Assembly (NCBI GenBank): GCA_047495785.1
Contig: JBLDXI010000030.1
Coordinates: 1,054,001 to 1,118,000 of the forward strand
From: Lepidodermella squamata
Lineage: Eukaryota > Animalia > Gastrotricha
DNA: 64,000 nucleotides
Direction of reading: 5' to 3'
Both the position numbers and the translations under genes were made by a program. Below the pieces are notes generated by a model. That model was not told the DNA's origin and searched no databases. It was given only the letters and a program-made list of their open reading frames with translations. How positions within the stretch are numbered: the first letter of the stretch is position 1; each line of letters starts with the position of its first letter. Below are positions 1 to 12,600 of the stretch, piece by piece.

Positions 1-444
1 AAACTTAATAATAAAGATTTGTTAGATATTTGTGGTTTGCAATACTGTTGTCATGACTCACGACTTTTCGTGGTTATCCTGACGTTGATTTTCGACATGG
101 TCCCGAAAACTTTAGATCATGCCTGGCTTCTGGCTTGTGTAAACAGCAGGGTGCGATCTGGGATCCCGAAGCTGCCAGGGATGAAAAAACGTTTTTTGCT
201 GTTTTTGCCGAAATGACTTGTCAAATCAACTAAAAAGCGAGCGAAGCGAGAAAATGTTGAAGATTTTAATCTAAAACTCGTTCCAAAACCTCTCAAAATT
301 AGTGAAATAGTGGGATAAGTTCTCATTTTGTTGTCTGGCCCGGCCGAGCTAGGGGAATGTTTTTCCTTATTTGCCTCACTGCTCCAAGCTGTGATTTAGT
401 TTATCGGGTGATATATCTCAGCGCTGCCTGCCAAGGCCATCGCG

Positions 445-454
445 AATTTCCTGT
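445..454 (-). promoter_or_regulatory. ETS-like motif ACAGGAAATT upstream of a Cys-loop gene
   Basis: The same 10-mer recurs 75-210 bp upstream of paralogs: 4141, 32873, 34649, 37710, 46217, 52715, 59064, and a 1-mismatch copy at 42419. Confidence 0.5.
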
Positions 455-590
455 CAAACATTGATTCCTAAATAAATGAACTTTCTTCAAATCGTTTGCA
501 TCCCGTTCGAAATCGCAAATGTGCGATGTCAGTCTGTGTGGTGAAGCGTGAGGCATTCAGCGAAAGCCAGAGTAGCAGTTATCCCAAAAT

Positions 591-1765
591 ATGAAATTGC
601 TTCTAGTTTTGCTGACGGTAGCTGAGCTCGCATCGATGGCAGCTGATTTGTCGATTGCTGACAATTTGGAGGCAAGATTCGCTAAACATTGCCCGGCAAT
701 TCGGTCGAAAACCCTAACGACAGATCATGCGATTCATTTCAACAAAACGCACCCGATTAAGGTGCTCATCTACTTGAGCCTTCATCGTTTTGTGGGCATC
801 GATGACGTGGAGCAAAAACTGTCACTACTAGGACAGCTGTCTATGCATTGGGGGCTGCCTTGCGAAACACCGAAACACAGACTTACTATCCGAAACAGAG
901 TGCATGATACCACAGTACGACCTTCTGTTCTTCACAGTCCCAGCCTTGGATATTTGGACGCTATTGGGGTATCTCCCATTTGACCGCTTACGAGTCGCCT
1001 GTTATGGGGCGAAGATTAAGTGACCAGGTCATGGTCTTTCCATTTCTTTACTCATTTTATATGCGTTACGAAGTAATCGACCGATTAGACGTATTATGCA
1101 CTGCTTTCAGCTATCGCAAATTCCCATTTGACACACAATCCTGTACGCTAGTTTTTGAATCTGCGAACTATCTATGGGATGTGGATCTCGCTTTGGAATT
1201 ATTTGACATAGATATTTCAGCTCTAGATACCTTCATTGTGGATACTGAAATATGGTCGCTTGTCGAGCCCCTCGATTATGGCAACTATGAATCTCCACAC
1301 GCGCGGGGCGACTACATCGTTAAAAGGGCTAATATGACGATCCGATTCCGCCGCAAAAGTGGCTACTACGTCTGCAACATCTTCGTACCTACCATAGCAC
1401 TGTTCGTCCTTCAAGCCGTTTCTTTGATTGCCGAGCCCTTGAACCGAGACCAATCAGCATTCTGCTTGACTGTTGTGCTGTCATACGTTGTATTTTTGAC
1501 GATGATTTTTTGCATGATGCCAAGAACTTCGGACCATGTCTACCTTGTGTACATGGTTTCAGCGAAATTCATCGTTTCAGTCATAATCACGGCCTATACT
1601 TGCTTGAGCCCTAGTATCCCTGAATCCCTCAAATCTCGCGTTGTCAAGTTACACAATTCTATGACGTTGTCAATGCATCGCTTTTTCGACTTGGCAATGG
1701 CTGCTACAGCAAGCTTGATTGTAATGGCCATGGACGTTTGTCTTTTCTCCCTGATGTTATCGTGA
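591..1765 (+). pseudogene. Atypical Cys-loop channel subunit, type-A paralog, frameshifted
   Basis: ORFs 591-983 and 980-1765 together align with paralog 33080-34252; 2-bp deletion near 876 and ~4-bp insertion near 962 break the frame; RFVGIDDVEQKL, CTAFSYRKFPFDTQSC and M1-M4 present. Confidence 0.85.
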
Positions 1766-2242
1766 CTTCACGTTTTAAAATGATGCTTAGATTCCCTCTT
1801 TCTATTGAACGAATTAGCTCTTGAACAGTGGCATAGCCTGTGTGCGATTACCAACCCCTAGCTTGGCCAGACAAAAACATATATGTCCGCTGTTTCCTGT
1901 TTCGTCAACTTTAAGGTGTTTTGGAGCGTATTTAATGGAATATTCCCAACATTTCCTCACTGCGTTTGCATGTTCGTCAAAATAATTATTCTAACACAAT
2001 AATGGAAGCTCCAGGATTCATGATCGCAACCTGGGTATGGCATAGTAATATATATATATAGAGCTATTTTCATTTATTAATGGGGTCTATAGTCTATACC
2101 CCTATAGTCTATTGAGCGAAATTGTAGGGGAATAAACTATTTCTCATAGGCTTTCCAACGGCATAAGATATGTGAGAATCGGAGCCGAAATGAATGCGCT
2201 GTGAATAAATAAAGTCGGCTCAATATTTATGCCCCATACTGT

Positions 2243-2696
2243 ATTTCTCGGAATGACACGAATTGATCCGATCAGAACTGCTTCATCCCAAGTTGAAAAC
2301 TTGGAGGCATAATACGCTGAGTTCTGCCCAGCCTTGCGTTCAACTCAAGAAAGTTTGTCAATGCCGATGACGAGAAAGGAAGAGTTTCTGCTCGGCAAAT
2401 CTGGATTTGGCTTGGAAGTCGGCATAATGTACAATCCCGAAATGCCCGGATCTGCTATCGGAAGCAGAGTTCGCAATACCAGATTTTGAGTGGCTGTATT
2501 TTCACGTTCTTGCGAGTCGTAATTGAACGCCGAAACTCTCCCACTTAACAGCGTATAGATCGCCTGTTTTGCCTGTTCTAACTCAGATGAAAATCGCTGT
2601 AAAGGACCACTTTCCAAATGTGGTATGTACGAACGATTCGACATGTTGTGTACCACCTTAACTTGCTGCGAATTACCGTTTGACAAGCAAGTATAC
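2243..2696 (+). pseudogene. Degenerate 5' remnant of a type-B Cys-loop gene
   Basis: Nucleotide similarity to 42541-43068 (atgacacgaattgat..., tacgctgagttctgcccagccttgcg, cgattcgac...tttgacaagcaagtat) with stops and indels; no TM region. Confidence 0.75.
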
Positions 2697-2853
2697 TAGC
2701 CAAACAGCCAACATTGTGAATTGTCTGGTTTATCAAAAAAGAGGATAACCTTTATAGTGCACAGCATAAGCGAGGGATTCTAATGTTAATGCCATTGTTT
2801 TCTACACACTTACAATGAAAACAGTTTATGCGTTTCGGGATTAAGATTACCAT

Positions 2854-4023
2854 TTAAGATAACATCAGTGCGAAGAGAATAGCGTCAATAATCACTACAA
2901 TTAGGCCTGCTGAGGCAGCTATTGCCATGTCCAGAATCCGATGAAAGGGTAAGGCCAGAGAATTGTTCAACTTGAAAACGCGAGATTTCAGTGACGCTGG
3001 AATACTGGGGCTCAAGCAAGTGTAGGCTGTGATTAGGACAGAAACGACGAATTTAGCTGAAACCATGTAAACAAGGTAGATGTGATCCGAGGTTTTCGGG
3101 ATCATATCGAAAATCAACGTCAGGAACACAACGTAAGACAGAACGACAGTGACACAAAATGCTGATCTGTCTCGATTCAATGGCTCAGTTAGCAAAGAAA
3201 CGACTTGAAGGTTGAAAAGTGTGATGGTAGGGACGAAGATGCTGCAGACGTAGTAGCCACTTTTGCGGCGAAATCTGATCGTCATGAAAATTCGATCAGA
3301 GGATAACAGGCTGCTATGTTGCGAGTCATTGGTCTTATAACCAGATACCTCGACAAATGACCAAATATCACTATCAACAATGAAGGTGCTACCAGCGGAT
3401 ATGTCGATTACTAATGCTTCAAGACGGAGGGCTAAGATTTTGTAATCATCAGTGGATTCAAAAACTAGCGAGCACTCTTGTGTATCGAACGGAAATTGTC
3501 GGTAGCTGAATGCCGTGCATGAAACGTCGAATCGGTCGTAAACGTAGTGTACAATTGTATACGCCGGCTGGAGTGGATATATGACAATTTGGTCACTTAA
3601 TTTGCGACCGATTGTAGGCTTCTCGTATGCCGTCAAATGGCAAATGTCTGGTGTCCAGATATCCAACGCAGGCACTGTGAAGAAGAGGGAGGCAGGATCT
3701 GCCCTTATACACTCTGTTTCTGACAATAAATCTGTGCATTTCGGTATTTCACATGGCAGACCCCAGGTTATTGACAGATACAGAAGCAAAGACAGCTTTT
3801 GCTCCACGTCATCAATGCCAACAAAACGGGTGAAGCCCACGTGGATATTTACCACAACCGGCCGGCTGCTGTTGCAGTAAACTGCTTGCTCTAGCAGTAG
3901 GTTTTTCGACAAAACTGCCGGACAATGTTCAGAAAATTTCGCCTGTAACTTGCCAGCAATCGTTGTCGGAGATTCCATCGACGCAAGTTTCGCGAACACC
4001 AGTAAACCTAAGGGCGGTTTCAT
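2854..4023 (-). CDS. Atypical Cys-loop ligand-gated ion channel subunit (type C), 389 aa, intronless
   Basis: Start taken at MKPPL by analogy with the MKSPL paralogs; signal peptide, IWTPD loop A, CTAFSYRQFPFDTQEC, FRRKSGYY pre-M1, four TM helices. Confidence 0.9.
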   Translation of the reverse strand: MKPPLGLLVFAKLASMESPTTIAGKLQAKFSEHCPAVLSKNLLLEQAVYCNSSRPVVVNIHVGFTRFVGIDDVEQKLSLLLYLSITWGLPCEIPKCTDLLSETECIRADPASLFFTVPALDIWTPDICHLTAYEKPTIGRKLSDQIVIYPLQPAYTIVHYVYDRFDVSCTAFSYRQFPFDTQECSLVFESTDDYKILALRLEALVIDISAGSTFIVDSDIWSFVEVSGYKTNDSQHSSLLSSDRIFMTIRFRRKSGYYVCSIFVPTITLFNLQVVSLLTEPLNRDRSAFCVTVVLSYVVFLTLIFDMIPKTSDHIYLVYMVSAKFVVSVLITAYTCLSPSIPASLKSRVFKLNNSLALPFHRILDMAIAASAGLIVVIIDAILFALMLS

Positions 4024-5409
4024 GATTTTCACATTATGTACAATGTGATTTTTATACCTCTGCATTGCCGAAATGGCTCTATTAATTACTCCACGTAATC
4101 GAATATTTTTCATAGAGCTCATGTACCAAGTTTTATCGTCAATTTCCTGTGAAGCGTTTGTACGCGCTGTTAAAATATATGCCGGATATATATTTACGTC
4201 GTATATAATGTTTTATGGTATGTTAATATTAAATATTGTTGACTGTCATCCGTAAATATGAAGCTCTTTCCATCGAAGGTTGATCACAAAGTAGAGTAGA
4301 GTCAGAATCTGCTGAATTCCTGATTCCGGGCCCACCATAGTTTCATGCAGGCCCCAAAATTAGATGCGCAATTAGATGGGAAAATTGTGCGCAAACGCTG
4401 AGTCGAGGTTTTCGTACTTTCGCGCACGGATGTTTCGACCCGGATAATACGAATAAACTGAAGCTACTCGGGATATCGTCTCCAGCGCGTGATACGCAGC
4501 TTTCTAGCTCAGTACACTTATATATATTAGTGTATTTGTATTGTAAAATATGCGTAGCGTTGTTTTTAGCGATGTTTACATTACAGCTCCCAACGTATTA
4601 CTGTAACATTGAATATATCGAAGGGGCATTGCATAGGCGAATGCATGATCAGGGTGAAAACGTGATTATCACCGATATGATATTCTGCCGTTTTTGAACT
4701 GATCTGACACGTGTATTAAACATCGATTAGACTGTCAATATTTCCAACCTGATGTGAGCTGAAAACTTCCAGCATGTGATAGGCAGGAATAGAGCTTGTG
4801 ATATTAGCAATTTTCTCAAATGACACGATTTCAAGGAAAGAAGATATTCATTTTTTGAAAAAAATTGCTTGAAATTCTTCGTTATCTCTGATCTCTATGG
4901 TAGGAAGTCCAGCCGCAGCCGCCACTTGTGCAGTCAATATTCTGAGAAGGATGCTGAAACTGCAATGAAGAGCTACATGCGGGCGCAATGTCAGATTCTC
5001 GGTTCTCCAGATTCAAGAGCCTGATCGTGTTGGCAAAATGACAAAAGGACAAGAATAGACCAGCACTTCGAAACGAGGCATTTTTTGACCATTTTCAGAC
5101 TCAAAATCGAGAAAAGCCGTCAGCTAAAGCTCTCTTCGCTCGCGAGTAGCCTATTTTATGAATTATTTTATGAAAACCTCCGATCGGACGGGAACCGGTG
5201 CTTTCCGCGTGTTATCACTGAATCTCTGATCAAGAGACGATAAATGATAGGGCTAGTTTTTTAAACTGACCCATTGCTGTTATAAGCACGTTACAGATTG
5301 TATTTTTGAGATGTATTACGTCACAATAGCGAACGTAATCAACGTAAATCTCGGGCGGCTCCGTACAGATATAAACGTTTTACTCATGTCATACCATACA
5401 AATATAACA

Positions 5410-5560
5410 CTGTGTCTATATTTTTAACCTTGAAACACAAATCTATATTTTTTCTTATTTCAAATATAGATTAGAATATGAACTATATTTCTGATCTATA
5501 TCTGAAATATAGATTCAGGTGTATCTATATTTTTGACCTGGAAAATCTATATTTTGAATA
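5410..5560. repeat. Cluster of short (A)TCTATATTT / AAATATAGA motifs, possibly transposon subterminal repeats
   Basis: About 8 direct and inverted copies here, more near 5964-5996. Confidence 0.4.
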
Positions 5561-6184
5561 TAGAAGGCCCATTTTCAACCCTACTCAAAGGTTCCCGAGT
5601 TCTTGAAATAGCTCATTCTAACGGAAAAACACTGGGATATAGTTTTCGCAACGCAGTTTATTATGAAAGAAAACGGAGAAATTCAATTTTGAGAATAACT
5701 GAGACTGAGGCAGCTTGGCAGGCAGCGAAAATCGGCCGTAGGAACCCGAATTTCTCCGAGAAATCTCCTGAAACCCAGATTTCCAGAAAATCGGACAGCA
5801 TTTCGTCACCGTTTTGCATGAATTCGGCAGCGTCTCGTGTGTCGGATCGCGCAGAAGATTCTCGAACAGAAATTCGTAAAACTCATTCACCTCGTGAAAT
5901 CTCGTCTCCACTCGCCTGCCGGCTCGTTCCGCCTCGATTTCACTCGTTTCATTCGTTTTACTCGATCTATATTTCGTGCTTCACTCAAATATAGATTCCT
6001 ACTCATGTTATATCATACAAATATGAATAAATAGCTGACTCTGAAATCATAGCCAGAGTTAATAAAACTAAGACAATAATGAAGAGTAATGATAATTGAT
6101 ACGTCAAAATCGATTTCAAAATCGGGCATTTTTCCGTGCCGTCATATACTTAATAGAAATCGTCAATTTGAATTATGATAACAA

Positions 6185-6523
6185 CATAGAGAAAAAAGGA
6201 CCAGAGTAAGCACTCAAGCTCACTAAAATATTGATCTCCATTATTATATAAGTGCGTTCTCAAAACGGATATCTCCGTTTTCTACCAAATTTTGCATGCA
6301 TATAGAACACGAGCTGCTCTTTCACGTGGTATAAGATTTGAGGTGGGCAATTGCTGCTCAGTCTTGATATCATCAAAATATGTAAAACCATAGTGAAAAC
6401 GAGGTTTTTGTATCGAATTTGGTAGAAAACAGAGATATCCGTTTTGAGAAAGTCAACTTTGAATTAAAATGAGGATTTAGAAATTTTAGCTTGAGTGCTT
6501 TCTCTGGTCATTTTTTCTCTATG
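6185..6523. mobile_element. Non-autonomous TIR element (MITE) with CATAGAG termini and 8-bp TSD (P/hAT-like)
   Basis: Termini catagagaaaaaaggaccagag / ctctggtcattttttctctatg; internal IR ttctcaaaacggatatctc / gagatatccgttttgagaa; flanked by gataacaa at 6177-6184 and 6524-6531; related fragment near 14583-14730. Confidence 0.8.
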
Positions 6524-6632
6524 GATAACAATTAACAACAGATCAATCAATCAAAATGAATTCAGGAATCTAAAGAAATGATTTTTGATTAGTAGGCACA
6601 TTTTTCACGATTAATTCGAGCTCAGCCTCGCA

Positions 6633-9600
6633 TTATTCGTACTTAAGAACGTACAACGCGTAAAGGTTTATTCCGAAGAAAAAGGCCACAGCCATGACAA
6701 AACCAAGTGTATTTAGCAGATTCAGAAATGAGATTCGAATGCAGCCGAACTTCAGGATTTTGTTAGCTGATTTTGCCATATCGGTCGCAATATAGCCGAG
6801 CAGCAAGTTGTAAAAGCTGACCAGTCCAGTGTAGACCGACATGTAGAAAATGTACTCTGTCAAAAGGATCATCGCCGCACTTTTCGGGACATCTTCCAAG
6901 ACCTGATTCTGGGCAACAGTCAGCGCGAGTAGAATCGTCACTACGAACATGACTCGATCTGGTTTGTTGGCTTGCATCAGGAAAGCAGCCAGTTCCAAGA
7001 ATGTGAGAACCAGACACGGGCCGATGATGTTAAGCAGGTAGTAGTTGGGCCTCCTTCTAAAGCTTAGCGAGAAAACAGCCACGCTGACTTTGCTACCAAT
7101 GGTCGGAGCAGACAATTCCTTGATTTCCCATTTAGTTTTCTCAGGCAGAATCTCCCACTGAGCCACAGGGGATAAAGCATCAGGAGTTATCATCTTCAGT
7201 TCAGAGAATGCAGTAAGATTGACAGATCGATGAATGCCAAACTTGATCTGGCATGTTTGGGTATCGAACGGGAACTTTCGCAGGTCCATTTCACAGTTTG
7301 ACGTGAACACACCCACTCTCGACCAGTAGAACTGCATGTTTAGATAAGTTTCATCGAATGGCCTGATAATGAACACGAAATCGTCCCCGAGTTGGCTGTT
7401 GACCATGTAGACGTTATCAGGGCTTGATCTGAATGTCAAAGGAGGCAGCCAGTAGTCGTCTTTACTGCCCACAAACACGCGAGAAGGACCATCAATGTCA
7501 ACTGGAATCTCATCCCTTTTGCAAGTCGTAACGTTCCAATTAAGCTGAATTATACCCGATAACGAAATCGTCTCAGCAACCTCGTCGATCCTGAAGAACT
7601 GTTCGACCACAAAAATGGCTGAAATGTTTGTAGCACTGTCATTGTTAGGCGGGGCGCTTCTGTCAGCTGAAAAGTCGTGACATGCGCTCTTCGCAATGTC
7701 TGAGTCTCGAATTTTCGGCGTGGCGGTTTCTCCAACTAATTTTGGCATTCCTTCTTCTTTTTTCTGTTCCATAGTGGGTTGCTGCGGAGGGGAAGCGGGT
7801 GTGGTCGTAGTAGTTGTTGGACTAGTCGTTGTTTCGATTACTCGAGTCGTGATTGGTGACGTAGCTGCGGTTGTGTCGACTGCACGAGTCGTTGTTAGCA
7901 TTTGTGACGTAGCTGCAATCGATCGTGTCGTAGTATTTGCAACTGCCGTAGTCGATGCAATATTGGTTGTTAGCTGTGAAGTCGGACTTTTCGATGTAGT
8001 AACAGTCGCGGTTACGGTCTTCGAACTTGTACTAGTCCAAAGGGACGAAGTTGAGACTGCAGCGCTCGACGTCGTACTTGTGGTTGAGATGTTAACTGTT
8101 ATTGAACGAAATTAATTAGAAAAATCATGAATTGAATGATTTTCTCAGCGCAACTCATTGTCAGCTTTATGTAGAATCCATTGGTTTGCTTCACGTTACT
8201 TCCTGACATTTGCATGAGCACTTGCATCTCTCGTGCTTCGCTGGGTACGCTCGAGATCGATCCATTCCAATTTTCTGTGTCGGATTGCGTGAACCTGTTA
8301 ACATATAGCGTCTTATTAACCACGCCTTTTTCGAAGTCGATTGTTTGGATATAAAGAATGAAATCTCCGCCATTCAACGCAGTGTAGTTGAGATTAGCAT
8401 ATCTGGAAGAGAAAAATGCATAGATAATGATACTCATCCAGTAGTTTCACTCACTGAAGTTGTCGATCCTCAGGTATCTTGACTCGCCATACGCAAAATC
8501 TGGTGATAGTATTTAGCAGATTCGTCGGTTTCACCCCGATCACGGCCTCTTCGAATTCCCAATCGATGGTTGTCATCGCATCGCATCCACCGGTTATCTT
8601 GGGAAAAATCTTGGAAACAAGGCTTGATTGACCGACTGAATCAGCTTGCTCGAAATATATTTCCAAGCGAACGAAAAATGATTCTTCAGTTGCTGGCGCT
8701 AATATAACAAGCGCAGATGAGCTTTTGCTCGCTAATGTGACATTATTATCAAGTCCTAGGTCGCTTGGGAAAAAAACATCGAGTGTTGGCGCTACCCCTG
8801 AGAAACCTGCATCGTAGAGCTCGACTCGGACGTCATTTGTAAGCACCTTACTACCATTGGCATCCGCAACGAGCATGTACATTTTAGAAAATTTGAGGAC
8901 TTTCCCTTGGTCTGCGAAAATTCTCCACTGATTTGCCCAAGAGGACCCGATGACGTTTACGTTGATTGCTCCATTTTTCGAATCTCGAATCGTTGTTTCT
9001 TTCGCAAGGTTTGAAAAAACGTTGCCGATTGTGATGTTTGCCGTGTACTGGCATGATGGCCCGAATGATTTATCCGGACACATACAGTCGAAAAAAATAG
9101 CACTCGCGCCGTAAAGCAGATCGTAGTTTTTAACGGTGGACTACGGTGCCGGTACGGCGTGTTTGAGGCAGCACTTTTCCGCACCGTAGCATTTTCGAAA
9201 TTCGAAATTTCGATGACAGGCGTGATTTTTCAAATTATCAAAAATGACGGTGATAGAAAACTACCCTGAGAATAATTAAACAAATTGTCCCGTCTAACTT
9301 TCGCACAATCGTGGCGCTAGAAATTAATGTTCCACGGAGTAACACTAATAACGTAGCATAAATTTCAAGCAGTTAATTCAGCGCTAAACACACTGTTCTG
9401 CATCAAAAGAGCTTGAAAACTAACTTGGCAAAGGTCCCAGATAAGCGAGGATATTCGTGCACCATTTCCGCTGAATAGATCGTGGAGGCAGATTTTGAGA
9501 CATTTCAGTCATCTAGCTGACTTCAGCTCAGCGAAACTAACAACGGTGCCCCCGTGATAAACTCCGCAGCATTTAGCACACAATTTGCGAATGAAGCCCC

Positions 9601-12600
9601 GGGAACGGCCTTCCAGGCGAACCAAACCCTGTCCCAATTGGATTCTCCGTCAGGGCGCCCTGGGCGCCTGAAGTTGCGAATGGAATAGCGGTTTTGGGTC
9701 ATTTTGGCTGATTTCGGGCTTCCCTAGGCGCCCAAAGGAGTATCGCGGCCGGAATGCAATTGCATCAGATTGAAGCCCCGGGAACGGCCTTCCAGGCGGA
9801 CCAAACCCTGTCCCAATTGGATTCTCCGTCAGGGCGCCCTGGGCGCCTGAAGTTGCGAATGGAATAGCGGTTTTGGGTCATTTTGGCTGATTTCGGGCTT
9901 CCCTAGGCGCCCAAAATAGGATCGCGGCCGGAATGCAATTGCATCAGATTGAAGCCCCGGGAACGGCCTTCCAGGCGAACCAAACCCTGTCCCAATTGGA
10001 TTCTCCGTCAGGGCGCCCTGGGCGCCTGAAGTTGCGAATGGAATAGCGGTTTTGGGTCATTTTGGCTGATTTCGGGCTTCCCTAGGCGCCCAAAGGAGTA
10101 TCGCGGCCGGAATGCAATTGCATCAGATTGAAGCCCCGGGAACGGCCTTCCAGGCGAACCAAACCCTGTCCCAATTGGATTCTCCGTCAGGGCGCCCTGG
10201 TCGCCTGAAGTTGCGAATGGAATAGCGGTTTTGGGTCATTTTGGCTGATTTCGGGCTTCCCTAGGCGCCCAAAGGAGTATCGCGGCCGGAATGCAATTGC
10301 ATCAGATTGAAGCCCCGGGAACGGCCTTCCAGGCGAACCAAACCCTGTCCCAATTGGATTCTCCGTCAGGGCGCCCTGGGCGCCTGAAGTTGCGAATGGA
10401 ATAGCGGTTTTGGGTCATTTTGGCTGATTTCGGGCTTCCCTAGGCGCCCAAAGGAGTATCGCGGCCGGAATGCAATTGCATCAGATTGAAGCCCCGGGAA
10501 CGGCCTTCCAGGCGAACCAAACCCTGTCCCAATTGGATTCTCCGTCAGGGCGCCCTGGGCGCCTGAAGTTGCGAATGGAATAGCGGTTTTGGGTCATTTT
10601 GGCTGATTTCGGGCTTCCCTAGGCGCCCAAAGGAGTATCGCGGCCGGAATGCAATTGCATCAGATTGAAGCCCCGGGAACGGCCTTCCAGGCGAACCAAA
10701 CCCTGTCCCAATTGGATTCTCCGTCAGGGCGCCCTGGGCGCCTGAAGTTGCGAATGGAATAGCGGTTTTGGGTCATTTTGGCTGATTTCGGGCTTCCCTA
10801 GGCGCCCAAAGGAGTATCGCGGCCGGAATGCAATTGCATCAGATTGAAGCCCCGGGAACGGCCTTCCAGGCGAACCAAACCCTGTCCCAATTGGATTCTC
10901 CGTCAGGGCGCCCTGGGCGCCTGAAGTTGCGAATGGAATAGCGGTTTTGGGTCATTTTGGCTGATTTCGGGCTTCCCTAGGCGCCCAAAGGAGTATCGCG
11001 GCCGGAATGCAATTGCATCAGATTGAAGCCCCGGGAACGGCCTTCCAGGCGAACCAAACCCTGTCCCAATTGGATTCTCCGTCAGGGCGCCCTGGGCGCC
11101 TGAAGTTGCGAATGGAATAGCGGTTTTGGGTCATTTTGGCTGATTTCGGGCTTCCCTAGGCGCCCAAAGGAGTATCGCGGCCGGAATGCAATTGCATCAG
11201 ATTGAAGCCCCGGGAACGGCCTTCCAGGCGAACCAAACCCTGTCCCAATTGGATTCTCCGTCAGGGCGCCCTGGGCGCCTGAAGTTGCGAATGGAATAGC
11301 GGTTTTGGGTCATTTTGGCTGATTTCGGGCTTCCCTAGGCGCCCAAAATAGGATCGCGGCCGGAATGCAATTGCATCAGATTGAAGCCCCGGGAACGGCC
11401 TTCCAGGCGAACCAAACCCTGTCCCAATTGGATTCTCCGTCAGGGCGCCCTGGTCGCCTGAAGTTGCGAATGGAATAGCGGTTTTGGGTCATTTTGGCTG
11501 ATTTCGGGCTTCCCTAGGCGCCCAAAGGAGTATCGCGGCCGGAATGCAATTGCATCAGATTGAAGCCCCGGGAACGGCCTTCCAGGCGAACCAAACCCTG
11601 TCCCAATTGGATTCTCCGTCAGGGCGCCCTGGTCGCCTGAAGTTGCGAATGGAATAGCGGTTTTGGGTCATTTTGGCTGATTTCGGGCTTCCCTAGGCGC
11701 CCAAAGGAGTATCGCGGCCGGAATGCAATTGCATCAGATTGAAGCCCCGGGAACGGCCTTCCAGGCGAACCAAACCCTGTCCCAATTGGATTCTCCGTCA
11801 GGGCGCCCTGGGCGCCTGAAGTTGCGAATGGAATAGCGGTTTTGGGTCATTTTGGCTGATTTCGGGCTTCCCTAGGCGCCCAAAGGAGTATCGCGGCCGG
11901 AATGCAATTGCATCAGATTGAAGCCCCGGGAACGGCCTTCCAGGCGAACCAAACCCTGTCCCAATTGGATTCTCCGTCAGGGCGCCCTGGGCGCCTGAAG
12001 TTGCGAATGGAATAGCGGTTTTGGGTCATTTTGGCTGATTTCGGGCTTCCCTAGGCGCCCAAAGGAGTATCGCGGCCGGAATGCAATTGCATCAGACTGA
12101 AGCCCCGGGAACGGCCTTCCAGGCGAACCAAACCCTGTCCCAATTGGATTCTCCGTCAGGGCGCCCTGGGCGCCTGAAGTTGCGAATGGAATAGCGGTTT
12201 TGGGTCATTTTGGCTGATTTCGGGCTTCCCTAGGCGCCCAAAATAGGATCGCGGCCGGAATGCAATTGCATCAGATTGAAGCCCCGGGAACGGCCTTCCA
12301 GGCGAACCAAACCCTGTCCCAATTGGATTCTCCGTCAGGGCGCCCTGGTCGCCTGAAGTTGCGAATGGAATAGCGGTTTTGGGTCATTTTGGCTGATTTC
12401 GGGCTTCCCTAGGCGCCCAAAGGAGTATCGCGGCCGGAATGCAATTGCATCAGATTGAAGCCCCGGGAACGGCCTTCCAGGCGAACCAAACCCTGTCCCA
12501 ATTGGATTCTCCGTCAGGGCGCCCTGGTCGCCTGAAGTTGCGAATGGAATAGCGGTTTTGGGTCATTTTGGCTGATTTCGGGCTTCCCTAGGCGCCCAAA

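Noticed and set aside
7696-8115. Val-rich plus-strand ORF and other short antisense ORFs over receptor genes
   Set aside because: Antisense shadows of the Thr-rich stalk and receptor coding frames.
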